A stretch of 64,000 bases of DNA from Orbicella franksi. Taxonomy: Eukaryota. Below, piece by piece: positions 1-13,772 of this stretch; within the stretch, counting starts at the first letter, position 1; the number at the start of each line of letters is the position of its first letter. A program made the translations under genes and the position numbers. Location: the NCBI GenBank assembly GCA_964199315.1, contig OZ116698.1, forward strand, positions 30,194,001 through 30,258,000, given 5' to 3'. A model generated the notes under the pieces. It saw only the letters and a list, made by a program, of their open reading frames with translations. It did no database searches and was not told the origin of the DNA.

Positions 1-889
1 CGCATTGAACTGATTAAGGATTTTCTCTCTCTTATAATATTCTAAAGCTTCAAAATTCGGGCATGACAACACGTTTGTGTTTATGCTGATGATAAGCTAT
101 CGTCTGTAAATAATCATTTTTTTACAGTTAATCTCAATGTATATTTCGTTGACAAAAATATAAATGCTTCATAGTTAGGTAACCACAAATTTGAATCCAT
201 TCAAAATTAACCCTTTAGTTTGACCAGTTTTAGTTAAGACATTGATCCATATTAGAACAGATTGCAGCGTAGAGATCGGCTAGATGAAGCTTTTACTGAC
301 CCAGTCACACTCTTTGTCTGACGCAGCTGTTTAATATTTATAATACTGGCTTTCTGGTTCTGATGGTTCTCAAAGGGATTGAAAAGTAGTACTTTTTGTT
401 TTATACCTTAACTAGGCTCTTTCGTGGAACTTGGAAGGTCGCAAATTATCTTACTTTCCATTCGCGAAAACATCGTGTGACAGACTTGTCTCCAACTCCT
501 CGTCAATAATGCATAAGTATGACCACAATACGAAGGAAGATCCAGTTTCAACTTCAATACACATATAACTCAATCATATTCATCAAACTAGTTCGTTCTC
601 TCGGCGGCATTCGTCCAACAATCATACGTGAGTCAGCTGATTCTCTTTCAACCATCTACCATCTCTTTTGACGAAAAAAAATCTCTTTTGTCCATCTATG
701 CTTCAAATCTAGGGTCACACTTAACTGTTAACACGTGCACAACGTTTGCCTGCGCCAAATAATCGACATTCTCCATGATCGGATAAAAGTTCAACAAAAT
801 GGTTTTTTCTCCAAACTCCGATATTAGTCTTATGAATTATAATGAGCAGTAATAGCCTTTTCGATTCATTGTGTTTTTCTTCGTTACAG

Positions 890-3800
890 AAATGTTACCA
901 GGCCCCTGTGACGACGAAGCAACATGCTGTCGAGGCGAGAGCGGAACAGTGTAGCAAGTTTGACAACACGTCTTTCAATGGCTACTTCTTTACTTGGGTC
1001 CCTTACTTGGGCGGTGAGACTAAAACCTTAACAGTTTTTTTTTTTTTTAATCTTAAGCTTAAAAACGCATCTTAAAAGAGGAAAATAAATGTCAAACAAT
1101 CGCTAGAGAGGTTCTGCTTCTTAAGTAATTATACAAGGACAAAAAAAGATCGATGGCAATGGAAAAAGATCTAGGGATTAATTATAAACAACTGTACAAT
1201 CCGGCAGAAAAGAATGGAGAAGTTTGTCGTGGGAACCTTGTACCAAGCTCACAACTCCGGCGACAAACCTAGATTATAGAGACATTTCAACTGACTGCTA
1301 AGTCCGAGGAACAGTAGAATTTCGAAATACGTGTACTCTTCAGAAATTTCTGCATCCAAATATTTGCAACTCATCTCTAATAATTTCGACCGTTCAGAAA
1401 TAGCAGGTTGTTTCATTCAGTAAAAATTTTGTGATCGTTTCGCGAGGTTAAAAAATTATTTTTAACATTTTCATGACTATGTTTATTAAAGTTTGCAAGA
1501 GAACAAAATACTGAAACTAAGGTTTTGTTTATACTGCAGTGAAGAATAGCGATGAATGTGAGCTTTACTGTGTGGCTAAAGGATTCAGGTTCTTTCGTCG
1601 TCTCTCACCAAGAGTGAAAGACGGAACACCTTGCCTCAGTGATTTAAAAAAAGTCTGCATTAGTGGAACATGCAAGGTATGTACTATACTCATTGGGAAA
1701 AATCAAATGAGAGATGACTGAGGCTCCGTCCACCAGGCTACGCCGGACAAATATGAAAACGCAGCTTTATTTCAAAGTTAGGCCCACCGTCCACACTAAT
1801 CCGTCACGAAAACGGAGCTTTTTTCGGTAAATTATCTGTTCGAAAGGCCTTTAATCCCCTCTGATTTTCTTAAGAGAATTGTCACCGCGAACTTTCGTGA
1901 TATGAGAAATTTAATGTCTGTTGTCTTCGGATTGTTAAAAATGTCGTTTTGGGTACCGAAAAAAGGTCAGCTATCATTTTCTGAAAGGCGATAAGATCTT
2001 AGGTTTTCGGGGAAATGGACAAAAATGCCCTAATAAATTCGAGAATACTCAAGTTCCCTTAGAATAACCGAACAGATAATTCTTTTTAAGCGCAACCTAA
2101 AATTAACCTACAGAACTTTAAAAGTACCCCAGATAGCCTAAAACAGCGCTTAAAAGCATTCGAGAGAAAACGGTGGTTGGGTGCCCCTGTTGTCAAACCG
2201 GAGGAATTTGAAAACGCCGGCTTTTCGTTTTTGTGTGGACAGACACATTTTAAAAACGGAGCTTTTAGTAAACGATGAAGTCACGATAATGTGATTTCCC
2301 TGTCCGAGTTTTACACAAACACAAATCCAAAATGACCGGTGATTGTTGCGTTTTTAAATTCCTCCGGCGTAGTGTTGATGAGGCCTGAAGCACATTTTGA
2401 GAGGTACTTCATTCTACTCCGGTAACCATCAACTGTCACCGGCCAGCCATATCCGGCCAATAGAACTGAAGAATACCTTAACTACAGAGTTTGCGTCTCA
2501 TGTACCTTGCCGTTTTATTTTCTAGGAGCTCCCCTCAAGGTGTAAAGATGGCGGATGTTTTGGTCAGAAGCGTGTGACACCAAAGCAAAGGCGATCTGGT
2601 GTTTTTACGTCAAGAGACGTTTCTCGAGGACATCTGAGTATGTTTGATTTCAAGTGATATCAAATGATATCTTCCTGGCTAGTGCACAAATGCACCCTTG
2701 TGTTTCAAGCTCGCTTAACATGTCTATGTACGTTCTTTTGTCAGTCTTAGGGTATAATCCTGTGATCACAATTCCTGCTGGTGCCACTAACATTAATGTC
2801 ACAGAGATCCGCAGAAGCAAGAATTATCTGGGTGAGCTTTTCGGCTGGTCTAGGCAGAACTGATATCGATGTTAACATTAAATTCCTGAGCCATTAGTGA
2901 AATCAATGAATAGGCCGCACTTGTTAAGCTCCGGCTCTTTTGTTCATTTGTCGATTTCAGTTTTATTTGTGAGCAACGGTTCTTAAAGTTATAGATGAAT
3001 CAGGGAACAGTCTGTAATTAGTGCACTGTCGCTCTTATAAGATCAGTTATGTTCTCTGCTACCCACTATTGTACCTTTAACATTGTGAAATGGCAGAGGA
3101 AAACCAAGAACAGAGCCAGGGGAACTCGGGCGCAAATCTGTAATGGAAAACTAATGATTTGGTGACTAACTTTTTCAGGGTTAAATTTAACATTGGTTTC
3201 GTCCTACAAATTCCAGTTGTAATAGATTCGATGATAGATTCAATTTTCACACTATAGAATAATGACTTTGTGTTCCAAATTTCATAATTGTTTTCAGCTC
3301 TCAAGTCACATGATTCAAGCAAGTACTACATTAATGGAAACTGGGTTATCGATTTGCCTAAGGGTTATGACGTAGCTGATACAACTGTGTATTACACAAG
3401 ACCCCGTAGAGACAAGGGCGAGAATGAGGCGTTTATTGCCGCTGGGCCAACGTCTGAAGGTCTTGACGTTATGGTAAGGAGAAATAAACAAATTACTTTG
3501 AACGCAAAAATTGTAACGGTACACTTCTCGTCACTATTGACAGACAAAACAGGGCACTAACATTCTATCAGATTTAGTTTCGAACTCTCTGCTGTTCGCA
3601 GATGGACTTTTAGGTTTAACTTCGGAAAAGATGTCACACTGCGTTGCGTTAGTAGATGGTAGAATTGTTAGAGTTTTTACAAAAATCGAAAGAGTTGGTA
3701 CGGTTAAATCAGACTTGAGCCGTGTAACCTGGCTAGCACCAAGAAATCGAGACGTCTTAATTGTCTCAATGGAGTTCTAAAAATGTAATTTAATGCAGTT

Positions 3801-6800
3801 GACTCAGGCTCAGTTTTCTCCTCTGTCAACTATCCCACAAAAAAAATCCTGGTGGTCGCAGTTTGATAATTAAATATGTCATGTGCTTTCTTGTCTTGAC
3901 AGTTGCTTTATCAAGCTGACGAGCCTAGGATCATGTATTCGTACCTTCTTCCTAAGGACTACCCTAAAAAACGCGATAAAGAACAGCAACAACCCGCAGA
4001 GCCCAGCAATTTTGGTCAGAGAGGGTTCAAGTCCCAGGCTACCCAACCACCACCCAACGGAAATACTTATGCTTGGAGACTAACAGGGTTTACACAGTGC
4101 ACCCACTCATGTGCAGGAGGTACATTTAATAATACACAAACCTAGCCAAGACCATTTCACCTTTTTTTTTAAAAAAGTGGATATCACACTTGTGACTTTC
4201 CTAGTTTATTGTTATCAAGTATATCACTTGTTAAATAAGCGAAGTTTTGCTGTAAACCGTTGCGTCTCTCCTGAATTCGGGTTAATAGACTGTTTAGCCA
4301 ACAATAATAGATCGAGAATATTTTTACTTTTTGGAGCGTGTCAAGACTGTCTTAGGAATGATGTTTTTCAATATAGTTTTGTAAGTAGTATATGACACTG
4401 TGTTATAATAGTTGCAAATTAGACCGACAGAAGTGTTGAATACGACGCCCAGCGGAGTATTTAGGACGAACTCTTTATCGTTTGGAAATGTGATGAACGT
4501 GTTTGTTTTTTTTTGTTTGTTTGTTTGTTTTTTTAATGTTATTGCCTCACAGGACACAGAATAAATGATTACAGTACTAGATACTACTTGGGAATAACTA
4601 CTTACAGAGCTGACATTAACTATTGTACTAGACGAAACTTATTATTCTTACAGTACTATACTTACAATGTTCACACTAATAGTGTATACAGCACCTTTTA
4701 ATCCACAAAAATAAATCTAACACATTACAATAAAAAGAAAAAAACAACAACAACAATGAAGATGGTACAAAAGGGAAGAAAACGAAACAGGTGTTTCAAG
4801 TGTATTGTTAGGTTGATTACTTATAGCATTACTAGTATGTGCGAGTGAAGATAAAGAGCAGATTGCTGTGAAAAGCTCGTAGGTGACAGCGTATGTACGA
4901 GATGGTTGGCAAAGTTGATAGCTGCAAACACTTCAGAGGAAGTGATGCTATCTATCAGTAGGTATATATTCTGCAAGAGGTTCCCATTTTTCCATATCGC
5001 CGCTTTTTGTCTCCAACTCGAGCCTTGATTTCAGAAAGCGTAGATAATGGTCAAAGTTAGGGGACATTTCTTTAGATTTGGCTAGCCAGATATGACGTCG
5101 AGCTAAAAGAAGGCAATAGTTAATTTGAAGTGCAAATTTTGACGTTTCCGGTTTCAGACCAAACGTGTTTGTGATACGTTCTTGATCGAGAAATGGTAAA
5201 AATGTAGGACCATTCGTAAACATGATTTATTTTCAATTATTACTTGTTTGTAACTGTCAGAACAACTTATTCCAACGTTTGAGTTCTCACTTCAAACAAC
5301 ATCAAACCGAAGGATACTGACTCTCTAACTGACGAAATTCGTATTTCCCAATAGGCATTCAAACAACGGTGTACCAGTGTGTTACATCAGCTGATAACTC
5401 AGTTGTTGAACAGTCCCTGTGTCAATGGAACTTAAAACCAGCTCAACGACAGAGAGTCTGTAACCTACAGCCTTGTTCACCAAGGTAAACTAACATCAAT
5501 TGTATATTTTCCGTTTGCCGGCTGGGCTTCTCCTGCTATACTCATTGCAAATGGCTTTAACCAAGAAGTATCAGTAGTTTGCCTTCTGAAACTGTTCGTG
5601 AGTGACGTTTCTAAAATTTGAGAGATAGACATGTTCTGTGTTAAGTGATTCTGCCTGACAGGAAGAACGAAAAAGTACCATGTAAAAATATGCCGCATCA
5701 CCGAAAATAAAAATAGTCATCGAACGATTTTCTTCTTTTTGGACTGTTTGTTTGCCTGCGTGCACAAGTCTACTATTTCCTTTCACACGGATATTTGGTT
5801 TTTCACCGGAGAGGTCAATCTTGGTGTGGTTTGGGCTGACACAAATTTACGTCTGAAAAAAACTAAAACAATTCACCTCAGTGAAGGCTTTTGGTTTCTA
5901 GCACTGCCAGGGATGTCATTAAAGTCCGAAATTAGAGCCAAATTGAAGAATCCGAGAGCCTGTTTGTGAGGCTGTTCTAACCACAGCGCTGTCTGTCTGG
6001 ACTAATAAGTTCCCATTTTCAATGCAGGTGGGAACCAGGAGAGTGGGGTCAGTGTTCTAAGACATGTGGAGCCGGTATGCAGATCAGAAGTCTTCTGTGT
6101 AAACAGCTTGTTGATAATAATGGTGTCAGGAAACAGCAGATGCTACCGATCAGCTACTGTCGCCAGTGGGAGAGACCTGCACCCAGCCGCAACTGTAACT
6201 TACAGCCCTGCCCTCCTCCGGCAAACTGGACAGTCGGGGAGTGGAGCAAGGCACGTCACTTTCAGTTTTTCTTCAAAAGCAAATTCTGGCGTTGAACATT
6301 TAGATATAGCGAAAAACTCTTCGGAGTTGTCCCATGGGCAACACAATTAAGCGCCGCAATAGGTAGCTGGCTGACGTTTCGAGTGTTAAACCTTCGCCGA
6401 CGCGAATCCGATTGCATTTTTTCTCTCAACTACTTCCTGATCCATCTAATTCCGCTAACTTTTTTTTGACTTTGTTCTACAGTGTTCCGTGACATGTGAA
6501 AAAGGAGTCAAACAGAGAGTCGTGTCTTGTGTGGATATCAAAAATACCACAGTCAAGGAAAGGTTCTGTAAACACAATCCAAAGCCACCGACAACAGAAT
6601 CGTGTTTTGCTGGTTCCTGTAAAACTGACTGGGTTGTAAGCCACAAGTGGTCTCAAGTGAGTGCTCAGTATACATGCCCAATTGCAGAACAAAGCATACC
6701 GTGATCACTATCATAATAAACCGACGGCATATCGACTACCCAGAAGTCTGCATGCAGTCTTGCCAATTTTCCAGGTCTAACACCGTTTGAATCTGTTATA

Positions 6801-8913
6801 AGTGGACACCCTTAGGACGTTAAAGTGCCTACGGGCCGAGTCCACCCGTCTGGTTCCACTGTCCATGCTGTTTCACTGTTTACATCTCCTTCTTGCAGAA
6901 TCCCTAGGTCTAGTGTATATTAACAAAAAACATTACCCCACATTTAGAGTCTCCGATTCCGCAAGCGCGTCTAAACCTTCCACCAGGCGTTCTCTAAATG
7001 TCTAACACATGCTGCAGTTCACATTAGGACACACGTTACCAGGACATCAACTGAAGCACACCACATTTTATAAAACACTTTAACGTAATGTCAGTTACTC
7101 AGACAGACGGTGCTCAAAAGCTGTAACGACACCAATGTAAAGAAAATAAATAGAGTTGCCATGAAATGCTACTAATCCAGTCTCCTCGTCGTTTGTGACC
7201 ATCCTATACACGTTTATCTCGTTCGGTGCATTCACAATTCGAAAATTCATCTATCTTCTCATTAACTCCAACGGTCAGTCAATTCTATTTTGTCTCACTC
7301 GGTTTCCTTTTGCACATTCAGTCCGTTCTGTCATGCAATTCAATCATTTATAGATTCATGATTTACTGGGGTCTCATTCGTTCAATTTTGTATACCTCTC
7401 CTTTTGTCTCAGGAACTCCTTCAGTCCATTCATTCTCCCTAATCCAACCTGCTTACTCTAACTCATATCTCTGTTCACACAGTGTTCAGTGCCTTGTGGT
7501 AGAGGACAACAAAGCCGACTTGTATTCTGTGGAAGAAAAGGTGGTGATGCCCTTCCGTCAGACAAATGTTCTCATGCCAAGAAACCAAGTTCGACCAGAC
7601 CATGCAACAATGGCAAATGTCAGGCAGTCTGGGTGGCATCAGAATGGAGTAAGGTAAAACAGCACCGAAACACTTCTCTACAGTTATGAGCATATAGCTT
7701 TGGATTTTCTTATTCTTCTGCTTTTGCTTTACGTAAGTTGTTAGTATGGAAAGTCATTTACGTCATTTTGACGTGAAATGCAAAGGAAACTGCCTTATCA
7801 ACGAGGCATTACCGTATTCAAGTCCCTCTACGAGGTTTAGTGATTTATTAGCAAGGAAAATGAGATCCTCACTTCTGTAGTTGAACATGGCGAACGGACA
7901 ATAATAAGGGCTTTTTAGGCAAGACGGTAAAACAAATATTGAAAAACCAACAGCCGTGCATATCTTGACACTGATGCGTTACGTTCACTTGACAGTGTTC
8001 AGTTGAGTGTGGAACAGGCACTCAGTTCAGATCAGTGTTCTGTGCAGGGATGGTTGGAGGTATGTACCAAGAGTTTCCTGACGAAGCTTGTCCACGGAAC
8101 TCCAAACCTATTACAGTGAAATCATGCGGAAATGACTCATGTACACCACAATGGTTCACCACAGCGTGGGGCAAGGTACGATTTCAGCTGTTAAACCACT
8201 GTGATTTCCTACCATAAAGGTAGTGTCGTCTAGTTTAGACTACTGAACTACGCGAGTACCTACGTGTATAAACTAAGATTGCAAAGAATCTATCAAGGAA
8301 TGCCTAAACATCAAATTAAAATGCTGTTTTTCTGAATGACAAGTAAGTGCCCTTTTGATATATGTATCGTGGATGGAAAGACAATTCGAGACCTCAGACG
8401 CGGAAGAGGGTTTATGATGGCAGAGCATCAACGTCGCGAAACTCGACATAATTTAGAAACGAACAGATGTTCCAGGTATATACAACTCAGGGAACGTTCA
8501 GCTTGTTTTTTACTTTGTAGTCTACTTTAGTTCAGTTATTTTTCCTTGACTGTCCCTAGCATAAATTCATGTTGTGGGCGTAAAGGCAACGCGCTATAGT
8601 AGCACGCAAATAAAAAAGTGTATCCACTACTTTTCAGTGTTCCAGGTCATGTGGCGGTGGTAACCAGTTCCGAGACGTCACGTGCCTCAATGACAAAGGA
8701 CAAGTATCTAAAGAGTGCCATTCCAAGAACAAGCCATATTACTATCAACGTTGCAGTAACACTCCTTGTCCAACAACAGCTGGAAAAGCAGCGAGAAAAC
8801 AGAACTGCAGAGACTCTTACACCGGCAACGTGTGCATGTATGTTGTACAAGCAAACTTCTGCCAGTTTTCAAGTTACCGCAGGATGTGTTGTAACAGTTG
8901 TGCAAGGCACTGA
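890..8913 (+). CDS. THSD4: ADAMTS-like protein, THSD4(ADAMTSL6)/ADAMTSL4 clade; 5'-partial (Cys-rich, spacer, 6 TSP1 repeats, PLAC)
   Basis: Phase-consistent exons: 890-1013, 1540-1676, 2526-2637, 2745-2831, 3298-3473, 3903-4119, 5355-5484, 6028-6250 (GC donor), 6483-6656, 7483-7653, 7996-8175, 8638-8913; 2007 nt in total. Motifs: RAEQCSKFD, CELYC...DGTPC...CISGTCK, spacer LGYNPVITIPAGATNINVTE...NYLALKS...INGNWVID, six WxxxxWxxCSxxCG repeats, PLAC CRDSY...CMYVVQANFC...YRRMCCNSC*. The N-terminus lies upstream of the window. THSD4 versus ADAMTSL4 orthology is not resolved. Confidence 0.88.
1722..2385. mobile_element. PIF/Harbinger-type (Tourist-like) MITE with a nested fragment of a second MITE
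   Basis: Imperfect TIRs GGCTCCGTCCAC...TACGCCGGA and TCCGGCGTAGTGTTGATGAGGCC; 3-bp TSD TGA at 1719-1721 and 2386-2388. An unrelated insert at about 1826-2189 ends in TTGGGTGCCCCTG. Confidence 0.8.
4948..5230 (-). mobile_element. LINE (L1/Tx1-like) ORF2 C-terminal fragment in an intron
   Basis: The translation INYCLLLARRHIWLAKSKEMSPNFDHYLRFLKSRLELE...EKWEPL matches the typical L1/Tx1 ORF2 C-terminus. It is 5'-truncated, and simple-repeat sequence follows downstream on the minus strand (about 4560-4770). Confidence 0.65.
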
Positions 8914-10781
8914 AATGAAGATTGACTCGTATCTGTAAACCAGCTACTTGTCCGTCAAATGATTGGTCATCGACACATCTCTGAAATAGATTTAGTGCTG
9001 GCAGCGGAAGAGATTACATTTACAGAACGATGATGATAATACAAAGAAGCTTTCAAAAGACAAAGGATTCTCTATGTACATGTGCTAGCTCATTTGAACT
9101 TTGTCAATTCAAAGCACTGAACAAAGCTGTCGTTACAGCCGAGGCTTCAGGCCATGGTACCCACAAACAGCCTCATATACTCCAATATCTGCCTTCGTAC
9201 AGAAGGAAACAATCTACTATATATCCCTATAAAACAAACAGGTCAAAGTGGAAGACTCTTTGGCTAAGGTCATGAATACGGAATTAACAAGTGAGAGACA
9301 CTGCCCTATATCCCAATCAAGCTTGTTTAAAAATACATTAATTTGACATTTGTATAATATAGCCCAAAAGGGTTTCAAATCTAGAGTTGAAGACACACAG
9401 CCAAACTCTTGCTAACATTATTTTCAGAAATAATGAAGCTGGTTTTGTTTGCACATTTCCTTCCATGGACTAGATGTTCTATTAACTTCTTCGGTCTGGT
9501 TGTTTTTCTCATTCAAAATCATTGTACTGCATCCGCAAAAATTTGTGGTTGATTTTGTTTGTTTGTTCGTGTTTCAATACTATATACACATGTACAAGCC
9601 TAGAAAGCGACTCATCAAAAAGTATCTAAATGTAGAATAAAAGTTACCCATATTGTTTTGTGCTACAACAATTCAGCAATAAATAATTGAAACTAGTTGT
9701 GATGAGAACTAAATATGGTTTAACCAATCAAATTAACGTTTTCAGTAGAATGCAGACCCCGCAAATCTTTGCCGTGTAATACATAAATTGTGTACATGTA
9801 TAAGTTACAACCTGATAACCAGGAGATCACAATGTAAAGGTTTAAGTCTGTCCACATTGACAACTAATGACAATGTCGAATGTTTGCACTGATTTTAAAG
9901 TGCATTATACACAGTAATTATACATGTTTGATGAAATGTACCTTGGTACGTACTTCAGAAGAGCTGATGTTAAAAAAGGTTTTCTGAAATCGCTTGAAGG
10001 CATTTATAAAACTCTACATGGAAGAGAACAGCTGTACAATTTAGATGTACAATTTAGTGGATGTTTCTTATGATCTGGAGAACCTCCAAATGCAATATTT
10101 AAATACATATAGTAACAAGGATGAGAGAGAACTACATAAAATAGAGCAAGAGATACTGTTTATGAACTGTAATTTATGTTGATAATTTAAGAAACGGTAC
10201 ACCTCTGGTCAGAATGATGTAGACAAATTTAAGACAATAAATAAATATTAAAACACATACACGTGTACTAAGTAGGTTGTTTTCACTGTTCTTTTAAACA
10301 GTGTTTTAAAAACCATTACATGTACGATGATATTATTCAATTACAGGAAACTATTTGTGGGACACTGTTCAGTTTGTATTACCAATGTCTTCTTATGCAT
10401 AATAAATGCAATAAATTATTATCCCTAATGCATAAATTACAAGTGCAGTTTATCAGAATTATTAATTTTAGTATACAGTGTGGTACATGTACATGTACTA
10501 GAGATATCAAATATCTGTGAGTTGAACATAAATTTGTCATTATCCTCTTTGTAGTTAAATGAACTGCTCATGCCACTGCCACTTTCTCTTTGCAAAGCAA
10601 AGCGTCTTGTTCCTCCAACTCTTGACTGTCCTATGTTCAGGATTTTATCAAAAGTCTTCATGATCCTTGTTTTGCAAAGATTTCTCAGATCGACTTGACC
10701 AGTTCATGAATACTGCAAGTTCCTATTCAGACTTGTCATGGCCATCTACAGCAACCTCTTTAGCAGGTAAAACACCTGCTT

Positions 10782-13613
10782 TTAGATCACCATTGGGTAC
10801 ATCTTGTAGTTCCTAAGTAAAAGAACAAGACTTGTGAACAAATAAAGGCATGTTTTATGCATTTCACGTTATTGATCTCAGCAGCATGAGAGATGTGTCA
10901 CACATATGAGCCTGATAACTGACCTACAGACATTCATCTGTACAAGTCTCCTGTAGCTCAACTGTTGGGTTTGATTGCTGCAGGACCTGCAGGGAAGTCA
11001 AACTTTTTCATCCCACGCTTGTGACAAAATGAATTCAGTTGCACTTGTACATGTACACTCAGTCCCAGAAAAATGAGAATTCACCCTGTACAGTCTCTAC
11101 TTCCATTATACTGACACTCAGCTCTGCCCTTCAATGTCCCTTCTGAAGAGATCTGACTGTATTACAATGAAACATAAAGCCACACTAAAACTACTAAAAT
11201 GCAATTGGTAGAGGGTAATTTACAAATCATGGTAAGAAGCCACTAACACCTCTGCTATTACAATCACTTTGTGGATGAAACTGCTCAGCAGATGTTCGTT
11301 ATGTTTAAATGGTTAACTGTTAAATGGTTAATGGTTATGGTTAACATGAATTGTTTACATTTAACCACAACCACAAGTTTGGAAACAAGGAATTTATTGT
11401 CATATTGTCACAAAGCTGATACAAAGCTGGATTGACAATAACACTCCAACGCCATAAGGGTGGGAGGGAATAAGGGTAAAAAAATTTAGCTGGACCATGA
11501 TATGAACGAGCTAATGACTGACTAATGCGTGACAGCTGCAAGACTTACATTACTGCGATTGTGTCATTGCAACAATTACCCATCCTCACAGAGACACTAC
11601 TGTACACTGACACCTGGGTACAGACCAGACAGTGGGCAATTTGTGTGCTGACACCAGGGTTACAATAATCCACTGTATAAAAAAGATATTGTGATATTTC
11701 ATTCTAAATGTATTAGATCTTACAACAAATCTTGTCCATTTGGCAATCTACCACTCATGTAAAGTATCAGTTTACCTCAATTTCTCTCAGAAATAAGAAT
11801 TTTCCTTGTTTTAATCATTAGCTAGGAAATTCTGTGGTCTTTCTTTCTCAAAAAAATTGCAATGAAAAGCTTTTTTGGTTTCCAAGAAACAGAAATAAAG
11901 ACTGAATTTGTAATTACAGCTGACAGAGCATTGACAAATTCCTGACAGTGCCAATGAATTCTCAGTACATTCATAGTTACGACCTTTCACACAATTGCAG
12001 TTTGATTCTACGGTTATCTACAGTTTTCCATAATTTCTTCATTTAAATCTTTTATTCACCCTTTTTTATTTTGATGTCTTCACAAATTATCATCCACGTT
12101 TGCTTTGGGAACAAGCCAAAACAGTACAAGATCCAGTGGCTGCTTCACACTTCAAATGCTGCCAATTTGGCGGTGAGAGATCATGGTGACTTAATTTTTC
12201 TAAGCATCTGCTCCCGTGGATTTTGCATCGGACTATGCCATTTAGCTTGCTACAAATTCATCTTCTTTCTATCATTTTGATGTCTGCTAAATGCAGGTTG
12301 ACATCAACACCAAAGTTATGCTAAGCAAATCCTCCGAGTCATCTGTCAGTGCATCATTAAATCCAACACTTTGTGTGTCATCAGCTACTTAAAACAAACA
12401 AAAGTAGATCTGTATATTGAAACAAAAAACTGCTGTACAGGAAAAAGCGTTTACAGCCACTTCTTTACAGATTTAGCCGAAATTTGGCTGAGAATGTTCC
12501 GAGACAGATGTCCTTCAAAAGTGTTATTCCAATCTTTTAATTTCTATCTGGTTTGAAAGTTAGGACTTTGTCAAAGGATACCCCAAGTATTCAAATATCA
12601 AACATTAGAATGGTATAAAAAGAAAACAAAGTGATCTTTGACAGAGACATGCTTTCGAAGGACAACATGTGATGAATCATTTCCAATATTAATCACATTA
12701 CCATGATAGTCGAGGAATGTAACAAATTTGATAAAGGGGAAGGTGTCAATATTGCTTCATTACACGTATGAAAAATTTCTTAACCTTTTGTTCTTTTTTT
12801 TTTTTTTTTTTAAAAAAAAGCATATTTGAATTCTTCATTTATTAAGCTTTCAGGAAATGCATACTTTAAAGGGGTTTATTTTCAAAGCCTCAACATGAAA
12901 ATGCACTAACTTGAGGCAGTCAATAATTGACTGAAGTACAGTGTACACTGATATGTCCTTAAGTGATATTTGGCTTCTTCTGTAAAAAGTATGCATTTAA
13001 TCAGTGGTGCCAACAAATATTCAAAGTAGGAAGCTTCGTTTATGTAATCACGTAATGATACAAATTGAGAACAAGTGCAATAATTACACAAAGTACATGA
13101 ACATGTACAGGTTGTAATATGCCTTTTTAATTTCATAAGATTTATGGGCAATATATAGGCCAAAGGGCCTTTTGAAAACGACATTAACATGTTGACTTTT
13201 GAAATCAATTGATTCTAAAGCATTCAAGATGATTAAAAAAGCCAATATAAATAATGCCTTTCATATCTTTGCCAAGATTAATCACGTATGATGAAATTTA
13301 TTATAATTGTCCCTACATGTAGTGCATCCATGCACGATTTGTAAGCATTTGGTAAAAGACAGTAAGAAATAAATGTAAATTCGAATGACAAGCTGATGTC
13401 TAATTCTCCCATTAGCCAAGATCAAAGTTTTTCAAGGCCAATATACATGTATCTGGAGTCGACTAGAGTAGTCTCACCTTTTCGTCGGAATTCAGTTTCC
13501 CATCTGCTGTGCCACTTTCGAGTTTCGGTTTCCCATACCATCTGTCGACCAGCGGCTGAATGAACTTGTGCCAGATAAACAGAAATACTGGCACAAGGAT
13601 GCACGATATTCAT
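10782..13613 (-). CDS. Uncharacterised Cys-rich protein, 141 aa, 5 exons
   Basis: Exons 13613-13478, 11672-11549, 11156-11085, 10986-10924, 10812-10782 (426 nt), all GT-AG. Each of the three internal exons has only one open frame, and the phases chain 1-2-2-2. Product: MNIVHPCASISVYLAQVHSAAGRQMVWETETRKWHSRWETEFRRKVDYCNPGVSTQIAHCLVCTQ...RNYKMYPMVI*. No family recognised. Confidence 0.6.
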
Positions 13614-13772
13614 ACCATTCTAACGAAAAAAAGCGCTTTTGTTCGCCACTAAAACAAAATTTTCACAGAGCGTTCTCACACTGGTCTTGTCTGCGCTCGT
13701 TCTTTCTTCTTGTGGGTTAAGAGGTAAAACGCATGCTCTTTACCAGACACCGCAGTCAACGCGGGCTCAGTA
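13614..13772. promoter_or_regulatory. Putative bidirectional promoter
   Basis: 159 bp between two divergent ATGs (13613 on -, 13773 on +). This CpG-retaining patch is flanked by CpG-poor gene bodies. Confidence 0.55.

Noticed and set aside
11775-12384. Exon-like segment on the minus strand with a strong acceptor at 12385 (ADDTQSVGFNDALTDDSEDLL...)
   Set aside because: Stops occur in all frames and the phase does not chain with the next exon. It could be a poison or decayed exon, but it cannot be supported as coding.
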